DNA of 64,000 nt from Nymphaea colorata (lineage: Eukaryota): NCBI RefSeq assembly GCF_008831285.2, contig NC_045138.2:1-64000 (forward strand), read 5' to 3'. The position numbers and the translations under genes were made by a program. The number at the start of each line of letters is the position of its first letter. Positions within the stretch are counted from its first letter, which is position 1. This document shows, in pieces, positions 11,979 to 22,766 of this stretch. Below the pieces are notes generated by a model. It saw only the letters and a program-made list of their open reading frames with translations. It ran no database searches and had not been told where the DNA came from.

Positions 11979-13665
11979 TCTGTTTGCATCCCAAAATTTT
12001 CATTGGTTTTGGAGTGCTCCAGAAAAATAAGGTTTTTGTTTTGAAAGAGGAAAGAAAGGGACTCGCCCGTCGGTACGAGGATCGACCGTTCCCGGCACCT
12101 TTACCGGGGGTAATCAACCCAAGGACTATGTTTATCATTGATGCATTTAGTTTTAACTTAAACATCTTTTTGATTCTATATGCGGTGTAGAAAATATTGA
12201 AAGTTTGGAGTTTCAAATTTTTGAAAGGGTTCTTGAATAATTGCTTGAAAATGTGAAATGTTTTGAGGAAAAAGTGAAACTAGTAAATATCATTTGAAAA
12301 ACTTGTGAAAACATTTTGAAATCACTTTAGTGTTCTCTTAAGACTTTAAGTAGGTTTGAGATTTTGCTCTAATTCGGTTACCACCTAGCTAGAGCTCCAT
12401 CCCTTCTTGCTTAAGTTCCTTTGGAGAGGTGCTTGTGATCATAAATGAAATAAAGTGAGTGAGAATGCATGGATGCATTTATCCTATATGATTGAAAAAA
12501 ATGTAAAACATTCCTACCACAACATTTATCTAATGTCATTCCTACCACAACATACATCTAAGATTTCATTATTATAATTATTGTATATAAGAAGGAAAAG
12601 TTTTTGAAAAGGGATAGAGATTGTAGACCATCAAGTATGATTCCAATATTGGGTCATTACTTGGTTTGTGGTCTTATTGAAGTTGGTAAATAGAAAGTTA
12701 ATGAGGTGAGAATGTTAAAAAGAATACAAGAGATAAAACACTCTTATGAAAGGAAAGAGAGATATAAAGAAAGACATGCATACATGTGTACATACCATCA
12801 CATATACACATATATGAAAGTTTAAGAGAAAAAGATGTATTGATTCGAAGAGAAATAGAGATTTTAGAGGAAAAGAAAAATATCATACGCATATATGGGT
12901 ATGAGAAATGTTATAAGAGAAGATATTTGTCTTGAAAAGAGGAATAAATATTTGAAAGAGAGGAGATGGAGCACATGTACATACGTATTCATGCACATAT
13001 GAAAATTTATAAAATAGAAAGTGAAAGCATAGAGAGAGAAATATGAGGGTCATCATGTTGGCATAAATGTATATAACATGTGTATACATCCATACCTTCA
13101 CAAGATTAGAAAAATCAAGGAACAACTTAAAATTACCAACTTCAAATTTAATGTGGGCCGGAGGGGAGTTTGGACTCATGCAAGAGTCTAAGCTATGTCC
13201 TTAAGGCCATGTTAGAAGGTTCTTTTTGAAAATGTTTTAGAAAATATGATTTATATAAGCATAGAATGTTATTATTTGGTTTGTTGTAAGAGATATATTT
13301 CTTCTACCGTTGGGTATGGAAGAAAACAAGCAACATAACGAGGCACTCGTTAGGGTTCCTAATGTGATGATTAAGAAGGAAACTAGTGCAAAATGATATG
13401 GAAATGCATATTAACATGTACATTTTCGTGAGGGTTTATCCCGGGTTGGACAAGTCCCAACCTCAAAGATTAATATGAAAATAAAAAGTCCCCAAACCAC
13501 ACTCTCATTCCCGACATGCATTCACATGTAAGTAAAGAACTAAGCAACTATGCATGCATAATATATAGATAGCTTTCAAGGAAGGAAAGAAAGAAAGAGG
13601 ATGATGAAAAAAAGCAAAGTTCAATTAGGAGGGAAGATATGATGTAACTATGAATTGATATACCA

Positions 13666-14270
13666 CCTCATCTTCTCATGTTCCCGGTGCACTTGAGTAT
13701 AGCCTCTTGACTCTAAAATAGAGATTGAGAGCTATCTCTTTTGGCCATGGAGAAATGAGGAAGAGAGGAAAATAAGAGGAAACAAAAGAACAATAAGAAT
13801 GTATTCATGAAAAGAAAGAACATGATTAAAATGAAAGATCATCTCATCTTTCCATGCTCCCGGTGCACTTTGATTATAGCTTCTTGTCTCTAAAAAGAGA
13901 TTGAGAGCTACCTTCTTTAGCCGTGGGGAGATGAAGATGAGGAGAAAATGTAGAAAGAAAAACAATAACGAAGAAATCAAATAACAAGAATAAGACTATA
14001 TTGAAGAAATGAAATAACAATAACAACAAAAATATATTCATTAAGGAAAAGAATAACAACAACAAGAATATATATTGAATAGAAGAAAGAGCAAGAAGAT
14101 ATTGATAAAGAGAAAGAACAAGAACAACAAGAATACTTGAAAGAGCATGATTTAATCATAAAATAAAATATCATCTCATCTTCTCATGCTCTCGGTGCAT
14201 TTGAGCATAGTCTCTTGTCTCTAAAAAGAGGTTGAGTGCTATCTCCTTTGGCCATGGGGAGATGAAGATG
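13666..14270. repeat. Three ~100-nt conserved hairpin units separated by variable GA-rich spacers inside the 5' LTR
   Basis: Units at 13666-13760, 13840-13939 and 14172-14270, consensus CATCTCATCTTYYCATGCTCCCGGTGCACTTGAGCATAGCCTCTTGTCTCTAAAAAGAGATTGAGWGCTATCTCYTTTGGCCATGGGGAGATGAAGATG. Confidence 0.88.
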
Positions 14271-14601
14271 TGAAGAGAAAATGAAAACAACAATAAGACT
14301 ATATTTAAGAAAAAGAAATAACATAATAATAAGAATATTAATGAAAAGAAAGAAGAGAGAAATGAGAGGGATGAAGATTACATACCTCTAATGGGAAATG
14401 ACTTAAGAAAGATGAACACCTTCACTTGAAGATCCCCTTTTGAATGAAGCTCCAAGAGTGCTTGCTCTAAGTTGGAGAAGGAAATGAAAAGAGGGAGAGG
14501 GAGAGAGAGAGAGCTCAAGAGAAACTCTAAGTCTTCAAGTGAGAATACACTAGAGTTTCTCCCAAGGACCAATCTTGCCCAAGAGGGAGGATATGGGGGG
14601 G

Positions 14602-14609
14602 TATTTATA
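14602..14609 (-). promoter_or_regulatory. LTR TATA box
   Basis: CCTCTATAAATACCCC on the - strand; present in every LTR copy, and the TATAAATA core is kept in the diverged LTR (28261-28268). Confidence 0.75.
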
Positions 14610-16805
14610 GAGGATTTTGGAGCCAAAACCCAAAATTTGAATTTTTTGACATAAAAAGACTAAAATCACCCTCCAAAAGGAGATTTTTTTGGCCAAAAGG
14701 AAGGGCAAATCGGTCTTGTCCACCCAAAAAGACTAAAATTACCCTCTAAAAGGATGTTTTTTGGTCAAAAGGAGGGGTAAATTGGTCTTGTTTACCAAAA
14801 AGACTAAAATCACTCTCTAAAAGGAGGTTTTTTGGTCAAAAGAGGGGCAAATCGGTCTTGTTTGAAAAAGACTAAAATCACCCTCTAAAAGGAGGTTTTT
14901 TGATCAAAAGGAGGGGCAAATCGGTCTTGTTTAAAAAAGACTAAAATCACCCTCTAAAAGGAGGTTTTTTGATCAAAAGGAGGGGCAAATCGGTCTTGTT
15001 TAAAAAAGACTAAAATCACCCTCTAAAAGGAGGTTTTTGGTCAAAAGAAAGGGCAAATTAGTCTTAAATGATTGATTTGGATCTGAACTTGGGTTTTGGA
15101 TCTAAAATTAGTATTTTGGATTTAATTTGGATCTGAAAGTTCTATTTTGAATTTAATTTGGATCTGAGAGTAGTATTTTGGATTTAATTTGGACCTGAAA
15201 GTTGTATTTTGAAAATCTCGTGCCTAAATTTGAATTTCGCACTTGGATAAAACATCATAGTCCTTTAAAAAAAATTGGGGTGATTACAATATCCAAATCC
15301 TATCTGATGCCATTATGATGAAAATAAATAAAATTTATGGCGCTGTGTGGGCAACTGCCCACACATGCCCACATGTAGTCCTCCCCACTACCATAGCTTT
15401 TCTTGCAGGCTAACATGCGTTAGTTGCATAGAAGGCCACAATAGGGATTTGCAGCAAAGGCCAACAAGGCCTTCTCATTTTTGCTACGGAGTTCAACTAT
15501 TAGAAGTTTCACCAATTAATTAAGCACTTTAGAATTTTTATTTTCAGAATAGTTTTAGTAAAGTTGACTTGATCACATGGTAATATAGCATGATTGGTGG
15601 ATCAAGATAACTGCTTAGCCAAATGCATCAGTTCTTTGAAGTACTTAACTCTCTGTCTGATTGCAGAAAAGTAGTAATCTTGACAAAGAATTTTTAAATG
15701 AATTTCCTCTACGAGACTTTCAGCAAATTAAGCAACGTCATTCATAACTCTCCTCCGACTTGGCTACTATATATGCCGCCGTTACATGGTCAATGTTATA
15801 TGTTCGGACCTGAACAGGCAAGTTGTATCTTCAGGACTGAAAGGGGCATGATAAACACTGCGTAAGTGTTTTATGAATCTATTCCATACATTAAAGTAGA
15901 TTCATGAACCACTTGAATAAGTGTTTTATGAATCTGCTTTAATAGTTGATGCATATTCATAAAACATTCACTCACCCCAAAAGACCAAATGTCCCAGTGT
16001 TCCCTTGCAACCTTGTAAGGGTAAAAGGAGTGGGTTTTTTTTTTTTTGAAGTGACTGAACTGCACTGTTTCTTTTGTGTGACGGGGTTGAACATTTCTAG
16101 GGTGTTTGTGAAAGGAAAAACTAGACTAAAAATTTTAACGTAGCCTTTAAAAGTGTAAATTAACGGAATTGACTTACGTAGAAGATTTATATTTGCCATA
16201 TTGGACAGTATTCATTCGTGTTTCGCATCAGGGTGTTATTGTCTCGCCCTTGAATCTGCCTCAGAAAATGAGGCAGATCCATCAAAAATTGTGTTATAGT
16301 ATTTCATGAATCTGTCCTATCTTTTGAAGCAGATTTCTAGTACAATAACAGTTTGTCACAAGACCCTTTTAGACTGCGTTTTAAGATGTACCTTGATCTT
16401 ACCTCCTTAGTTTTTCCTTTATACATGCCTAACACCCTCCTTACCTAGTTTTTCCTTTATACATGCTTAACATCCTTTCCTTCCAAATTTACAACTACTA
16501 GACAACTTTTGGGATTATCGACTTAATCTTCATGTCTTAACGCATCTTGATGAGATCAGATTATTTTCATACTCAAATTTGAAAAACCACTTCCGAACAT
16601 GTTCCCGCTCTTTGATATTTGAATAGGTTATTGAACCTCCAATACTGAAGCTCCTCTCTTCTATAATAAATCTCTATCTTGATGGCTAGGAACATGAAAC
16701 AATTATGTACTAGATGTCAAATTATTTACGCAGATAACATATTGAAGCAAAGGAAAAACGTAGGCAGGAGTTGATGAATTAGCAAGAGAGTCATTATTTC
16801 ATAAG

Positions 16806-16806
<1 letters not shown>

Positions 16807-16869
<63 letters not shown>
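16807..16869. repeat. (TA)n microsatellite
   Basis: Perfect TA run; mirrored at ~37821-37882. Other TA runs at ~18590-18620, 56068-56129 and 63908-63954. Confidence 0.95.
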
Positions 16870-16872
<3 letters not shown>

Positions 16873-18587
16873 ACTTCTCACAGGAAATAAAAGCTGCTTA
16901 CATAGGAGACATTATTAATGCTACCAAGATTAATGCTTTTCTATATCAACTCCTACACTCTAAATCTTTGTAAGAAATTTGAATAAAGAATAACATAATG
17001 CAATGAGACGACAAATTGCTAAGTTTGCTAGCATGTAATTAAGGATTAATACGGTGGTGTAGCCAGAATGTTTTCCTAATATCGGTGATTATATAGTTTC
17101 AAAATTTTCAACGGGGCCAAGTAGACTTTTTTCATCTAAAGAGAAATTAAGCGGCTTCCTTGATTTCAGATTAACTGACTAGTTTCACAAGATTAGGTTT
17201 TATTTCTTGATGAGATACTTTTGGACGTGATTATATTGTTGAAACAAAGCTCCTAGTGGATTATTCTTGCTACGTACACAAGTATAACAATCGGCATGCC
17301 TCCTAATAATTCCATCCTGCTATTCGCAAAGGACTTTATATACATCCTTGGCTTGCTCTTTGTATCTGGTTCACAGAGTTGTAGGGTGTGTCATCCTCCT
17401 CTAGTGACACTATTTTGAAGCTTTATTGTATGCAACATAAGATCTTGTTGTGTGAACATGAAAAGTATTTCATCATAGCAGAAGGCACTCCTACCTATCG
17501 CCCCAACTTCTCCAGGTTTCCAGTTTGGTTTTGGTGCCTCAGGATATTGCCTCTTTGAGCTTTTGTGCATCGGTGGCCTTTATTTCTGGCACAAAATGAT
17601 GAGGCCCTGACACTATTGGCCACCTACCAGCCCTTGAACCAAGCCATTCATGAACCCCCTTGGGGATAACACAAGGCCTTGTCAAATTTCTATTTTTACT
17701 TGTGTGAAACATAAAACCGGAACCTGGTTTATATGCGCCATACTTATGCACTAATTTTCGTTCGCCAATATGGTTAATGACTAAAATACATTTAGTTCAC
17801 ATTGAAAAAGAAACTTTTTTGTAAAGATAAAATTAGAAATGAAAAAAAGTAAAAAGACTATGGAAAACATTTTTTTTTAATAAATTACCAAAATATCATT
17901 CCCTCCTGCACACACAACGCGCACATAACTTTCTCTCCACAAAACGAGGAAGTGGGTAAGCATGTCTTGCATTGAGGCATCGGCTTTGGTGATTGGCTCA
18001 AAGGTCTGGCATAGCAGGATCAGAATGTTTCTATCCAACCACCCCCAACTTTGAATCAATGCAATCTTTAGCTTACAGTTTAAATTTGTTTTCTTTTTAT
18101 CTTTTTTCATGAATTGTAGTCCTGCATCTCAAGTGGTGTCTTTGCTCCTTGCCCATGGGCTTTTCATGAATCTAATCTTCTTCATAAATATGTTTGCTAA
18201 ACTCATTACATGCATGGAGTCTCCACGCCCAAAGACATGATAACTAGTACAGAATCACCTTAAAATGCGTGCCCTATTTACTTTAAATGAAATTAAACAC
18301 GGATTGCTATTTTTAGTAAAAAACATCCAGCATCGGTTCAAGTTGAGTTCGTTCATTCTTTTGTACGTTGATTCTTTGAGTATTTGTGGTTTAATAAAGT
18401 GGATTGAGGTATGACCTCCCGCAGGCTGGTTTCGGTTCAAGTTGAATTCATGTAAAAAATTTAATTTACTACCAAATTTTTGAGTCATAAAAGCTATTAT
18501 TTTTTTATGGTTAAAAAGAAAACAAATCTAAAACTACAAACGATGTGACCTTACAGTAATTTAGAGAGAAATACATCAACAATAAGG

Positions 18588-18622
<35 letters not shown>

Positions 18623-19214
18623 CATCAACTATGTATATGGCGGCCTGTGCCTTTTGTGAAAAGATTCACTTCGATCGAGTGCAATTTTCGACGGCAAATT
18701 AATGGTACTTTTAGATGATAACAAGAAAAGAAATTAGTTTTTTAACATGTTTTCATCTCAGCCAAAAGCAAAAGGGGTCAAGAGATGTATGTGTGAGAGA
18801 GACAGAGAGAGAGAGAGAGAGTGAGCGTTTAACCAACTATACATAGTCTTGAGAACATTTGTTCTTATTTATATTTAAATGTATTTGGTACCTATTGTGA
18901 ATCCAGATCTAAAAGCTCCTTATATTTATTTGACTATGCAAATATTTGAATTGAGGAAGCTTTGCAATTAGAAATTAAAAAATTTAATGGGCCCATTCTT
19001 TGACAAAAATTCCTAACTTAAGTCTCAACTCATTGCAGATCGAAAATGTGTATAGAGTTCGAAAGTACTTGTTCTTTTCATTTAGTCACAAACAACCAAA
19101 GTTTGTGCCAATGCTCTGATTCTCAAATAATTGTCTCATATATTTATCGGCCCAAGTTGGCCTCTCAAACAAGTTCATATTGAGTATAAAAAAGTAAGTT
19201 TAAATCAGTCAGAT

Positions 19215-21152
19215 TCAATCCAAATCATCTCGCTTTACCTTTAATGTAGATGCTCTTCTAGGGCAAAAGTTGGCCAACATTGGTGGCTGGCAGGTGGTTA
19301 AGCTGCCCTTGGAGTATATGGGTGTTCCTCTTTTTACGGAGAACTTAAATTTGGAGCATTGTGCAGGGTTGATTGCTAAATTTGAGAAGAAGATGGTGCC
19401 TTGAAAATCCCAACTCTGCTTGCCTTTTGAAGAAGCTTGAGAGGCACATCGCCGGTTTCCTTTGGGCTGATACTAAAGACAACTGGCATATTCACCAAAT
19501 AGCCTGACGTTCATTGTGCAAGCCCAAAGCGAAAGGAAGGATTGGTATACACTTTCTTGAGGATGTTAATGACTCTCTACTAGCAAGCAGACTATGCTCT
19601 TCCTTAACGACACCCCCTTTGCTCAGTGGTACATGGCAAGATATCTTAAATCTAAGAGTTTATGGACAGTGCGAAAACCATGGATGGACTCTTGGGCTTG
19701 GAAAAACTTAGGAAAAAGCTGAGAAAAAAATAGAAAACTGGGTGAGGTGGAAGATTGGTGATGGCAAATTGGTCTCTTTCTGGTCAGATTGGTGGCATGA
19801 CAAAATTTTGGTGAAATCAAAGAGTGAGGAGGACTATGGTGTCATAATTGATCAGCTGAAGCTTTCAGTGGCTGAGGTAAAAGATATGGGTGAGGCAAGA
19901 CTAGCTCTGCCGAGCAAGGCATTAGCCGCAACTCGGTATATTCAACTAGTTAGTAATGGCCAATAACTCAAGGATCTAAGCTCTAAGTGGATCTAAGAAG
20001 CCAGAAGGCAAAAGGGTAGTTAGGAAAGCTGGCGAAAGGGTATATGTAATAGACACATCTCAGCTAGAGCAAGTTGGACTACTTACATTGCCAGCCACAC
20101 TAGACTGGCCACTCAATATAGACTACAAAGACATCGAGTGCATTTGGCATACAGATGCCACTTATGCAAAAGGGAGGAGGAGAGAAATTTGCATGTCCCA
20201 CTCAAGTGTTCGGTATTGCAAATGGTGTGGGGCAAGGTGATTTCTAAATTTGACAAGAGTAGGCTCCTATGGCAAAGTATAAAGGTGCCCCTCAAGGCTA
20301 AATGACTTAGGAAATATTGGATATTGCTATTCCCAATCATGGTGTGGAAGTTGTGGTGGTCTAAAAATGAATTGGCACATGGGAGAGTGACCATAGTTAC
20401 GACTTAACAGATTTTCTCTACTATTTGGTGCTTGCTAAGGAGGCTTTTTAAAGACTGAAGCTGGAGGACGATGAACGAATTGCTGACTGGAATCCTGTGC
20501 GAGGGCAGTCTCTTAGGCTTAAGCAAGGAAGCCAATGTACTTCAAATTGTCACCTACAAGAAGGGCATAAAAACCAAGGTGATGGGCATGTAGAGATTGA
20601 GAGGTATAGAATCTAGTGAGGCCTTTCTTACTGAAGCTGGCTCTAGGGACGATAAGGCTGAATTGCACATGCTGAATGGCTGGTTGCAATCTATGGAAAG
20701 ATTAATGGTAATTTTGAAATCATAGCGAACAATGAAGGCTGAAAGTGTAGGCTCAGAGCGATGCTGGAAGGCAGAAGGCATATTAATAAAAAATGGCAAC
20801 ACATTAGGACAATCAGCCAACGTTTAAGGGTACTTTGCCAACTGGCTACAATAGAGGCTGGTGAGCAGATGCGTCAATATGGGGAAAGAGATGGGAGGGA
20901 TGATGGTGGCTAATGCTATCTAAGCTCTACAACTACTGTTGTGGTTAATGTCTTTTGCTTTTTAATCAGGAGCAGCTACTCTGATGGTAGTTTGGCCATT
21001 TGGCTTTGGTTTAGGGGCAGATGATGAGTTATGCGTGCCTGAGTTTTTTTAACTCTTTTTGTAGCTGATGATCAACATTTTGTACATCTTTTTTCTTCTT
21101 GTACATATATTAATTTTTCTTCAATAAATGGAAGGGAGCCTATCTCCCAAAA
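19215..21152 (+). mobile_element. 5'-truncated, decayed L1-type LINE (end of RT, zf-RVT, degenerate C-terminus)
   Basis: Translations KLPLEYMGVPLF, RFLWAD, LCKPKAKGRIGIHFLEDVNDSLL, WKIGDGKLVSFWSDWW, CHLCKREEERNLHVPLKC...VW; ends with AATAAA (21123) then GGGAG...CTCCC-AAAA. Many stops and frameshifts. Confidence 0.85.
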
Positions 21153-22499
21153 GTCGTTTTATTGTCAATCCAATGGTCCATCGAATTGAACTTAATAAGC
21201 GCTAAAGAAACTCTGAGAAAAAGACAAAATGGGAAAATGAATTTTCTTTTTTATTAAGACAAAATTACCCTTGACAAAAGAGAAAATACGATCACAATGA
21301 AATGAACAATGCCTTTGTCCTACTGACTTCAATCCTTTGCCATTTCCCCGGTCGATCGAAGTTGGTTATATATGTCACCTTTGTATATGTAATTTCATGC
21401 GTCATCAAGCTTCTACAAGAAACTAGAGACATCAATGGCGTTAAAAAAACAAGCCAAGTAACTTGAGCTTGCCTTGTTAAAGCTTGGCCTGAGTTCAAGG
21501 TCGTGCTAAGTCATTCGCTAGACGAGCTGAGCTTGAGCTGCCTAGGTCAACTCTTTCAGCCAGTTAAGTCAAGTTTGAGTCTTACAAGAGTAATTAATTT
21601 CCATTGAAAAATTTCTCCATTTATAATATGTAAAAATAATAAAAAGTTGTTTTGATACCTGACCCTTTATGTTCACATGTTGATAGTAGGGTCCACCTTC
21701 GACGTACGTTCGTTACGTACGCTAGGATAATGCACGTAACTCGGTCTCTTGATCGATAAGGCCAATGCCACCGGCCTTGTATGGGCCAAATCTTGGAATA
21801 AATAATGGGGGACAGATGGTTTATACCTAGGTCCTCAGCCAAAAAAGAAAAACTGTGGCACCAAAGCATCTCCATCGCTGAAGCGGTGCAGCTAAGTATG
21901 GAAGTTCGATCAGTTTGGAACCTTTAGTTAAGGTTATTGAATACCCAAAGATGCACCTAGTGAGGTAAAACTGAGGCTGCACGACAATTGCTGATCGAAA
22001 ACTATTTTCTCATGGCATCCCATCCTCTGCCACCAGTAACCCAGCAGCTACCGCTACCATAAACTTTTTAACTTTCCTTTAACAGCTTGAAGTTCTTATA
22101 AGATAGTACTCCAACCCTCTAGTGGGTTGCGTTCAAGGTAAAAATGAATCAATTAGTTCCTGCTGCAACGGTGAACAAGGACTTCCTTGTCACAACAGTT
22201 ACACAAGAATGAAGCTTCCAAGATAAAAATTATAGTTGAGTGGACGACTATACTTTTGGGGAGGCCGCAGGTGAGGAGAATCTTTGATCCAACAAAAAAT
22301 CTTCAGCACAGATTTACGATTCGAACGGTGGGTACATCCCTCTTGGCACAAGAGTACTTATTACCTGATTCAACAAGTTTGCAAATACGCTTTTTCAAAG
22401 TTAATCAAAGTTTCAGTCAATACTGATAAGACTGACAAGATGGGAGCAGAGAGTAAAGCATTGGAATGATCATCAACGTCGAGCCTGATGCTTGGAATT

Positions 22500-22766
22500 T
22501 CATGCAAGATTGGTGGAGATCAAGGACCGTTGAGGAGAACGTTGGAAAAGAGAACGTTGGAGTCATCTAAGGAAAATGTAAATTTTAGAAAGACTCCATT
22601 CTGCCCAACCTACCTTCCTTGCCTTTCTAACCGTTGTATTGAAGTGCTATTTAAACAACAGTTGTAATCTCTACCAATGTGTGAAAATATAGGCATCTAA
22701 GCTGAACCATGTAAAATCTTGTTGCTGTGTTTTCTGTACATTCTCTGTTTTTGCCTCAACTTAATA
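22500..22766 (+). repeat. 3' part of the copia 5' LTR (left boundary not determinable)
   Basis: Lies directly before the PBS and has a TATA-like CTATTTAAAC near 22647; no second LTR in the window to fix its start. Confidence 0.5.

Larger units (their letters stand above)
66..15288 (-). mobile_element. Full-length Ty3/gypsy Tat/Ogre-lineage LTR retrotransposon (copy 1), non-functional
   Basis: Two LTRs (66-2875 and 11981-15288) reading TGTAATCACC...GATGCAAACA on the - strand; 5-bp TSD ATATC at 61-65 and 15289-15293; PBS, PPT, extra 5' ORF, gag, protease, RT, RH, second (archaeal-type) RH and integrase in Tat/Ogre order. Confidence 0.97.
11981..15288 (-). repeat. 5' LTR of copy 1 (3308 bp)
   Basis: TG...CA termini, followed by the PBS; contains TATAAATA (14602-14609, -), a CT-rich leader, the AG|GTATGT donor (14380-14385, -) and three hairpin units. 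Confidence 0.95.

Noticed and set aside
13847..13861. Resemblance of TCTTTCCATGCTCCC to miR482/2118
   Set aside because: Needs two gaps and the 3' half does not match; likely chance in pyrimidine-rich sequence.
13666..14270. LTR repeat-spacer array as a CRISPR-like array
   Set aside because: Eukaryotic LTR context, ~100-nt units, low-complexity spacers of unequal length, no cas genes.
13666..14270. Hammerhead ribozyme/retrozyme in the LTR units
   Set aside because: No CUGANGA and GAAA core on either strand of the units.
15400..18250. Possible host exons or lncRNA in the unique flank
   Set aside because: Some GC-richer patches and splice-like sites, but no recognisable protein, conserved miRNA or consistent exon chain.
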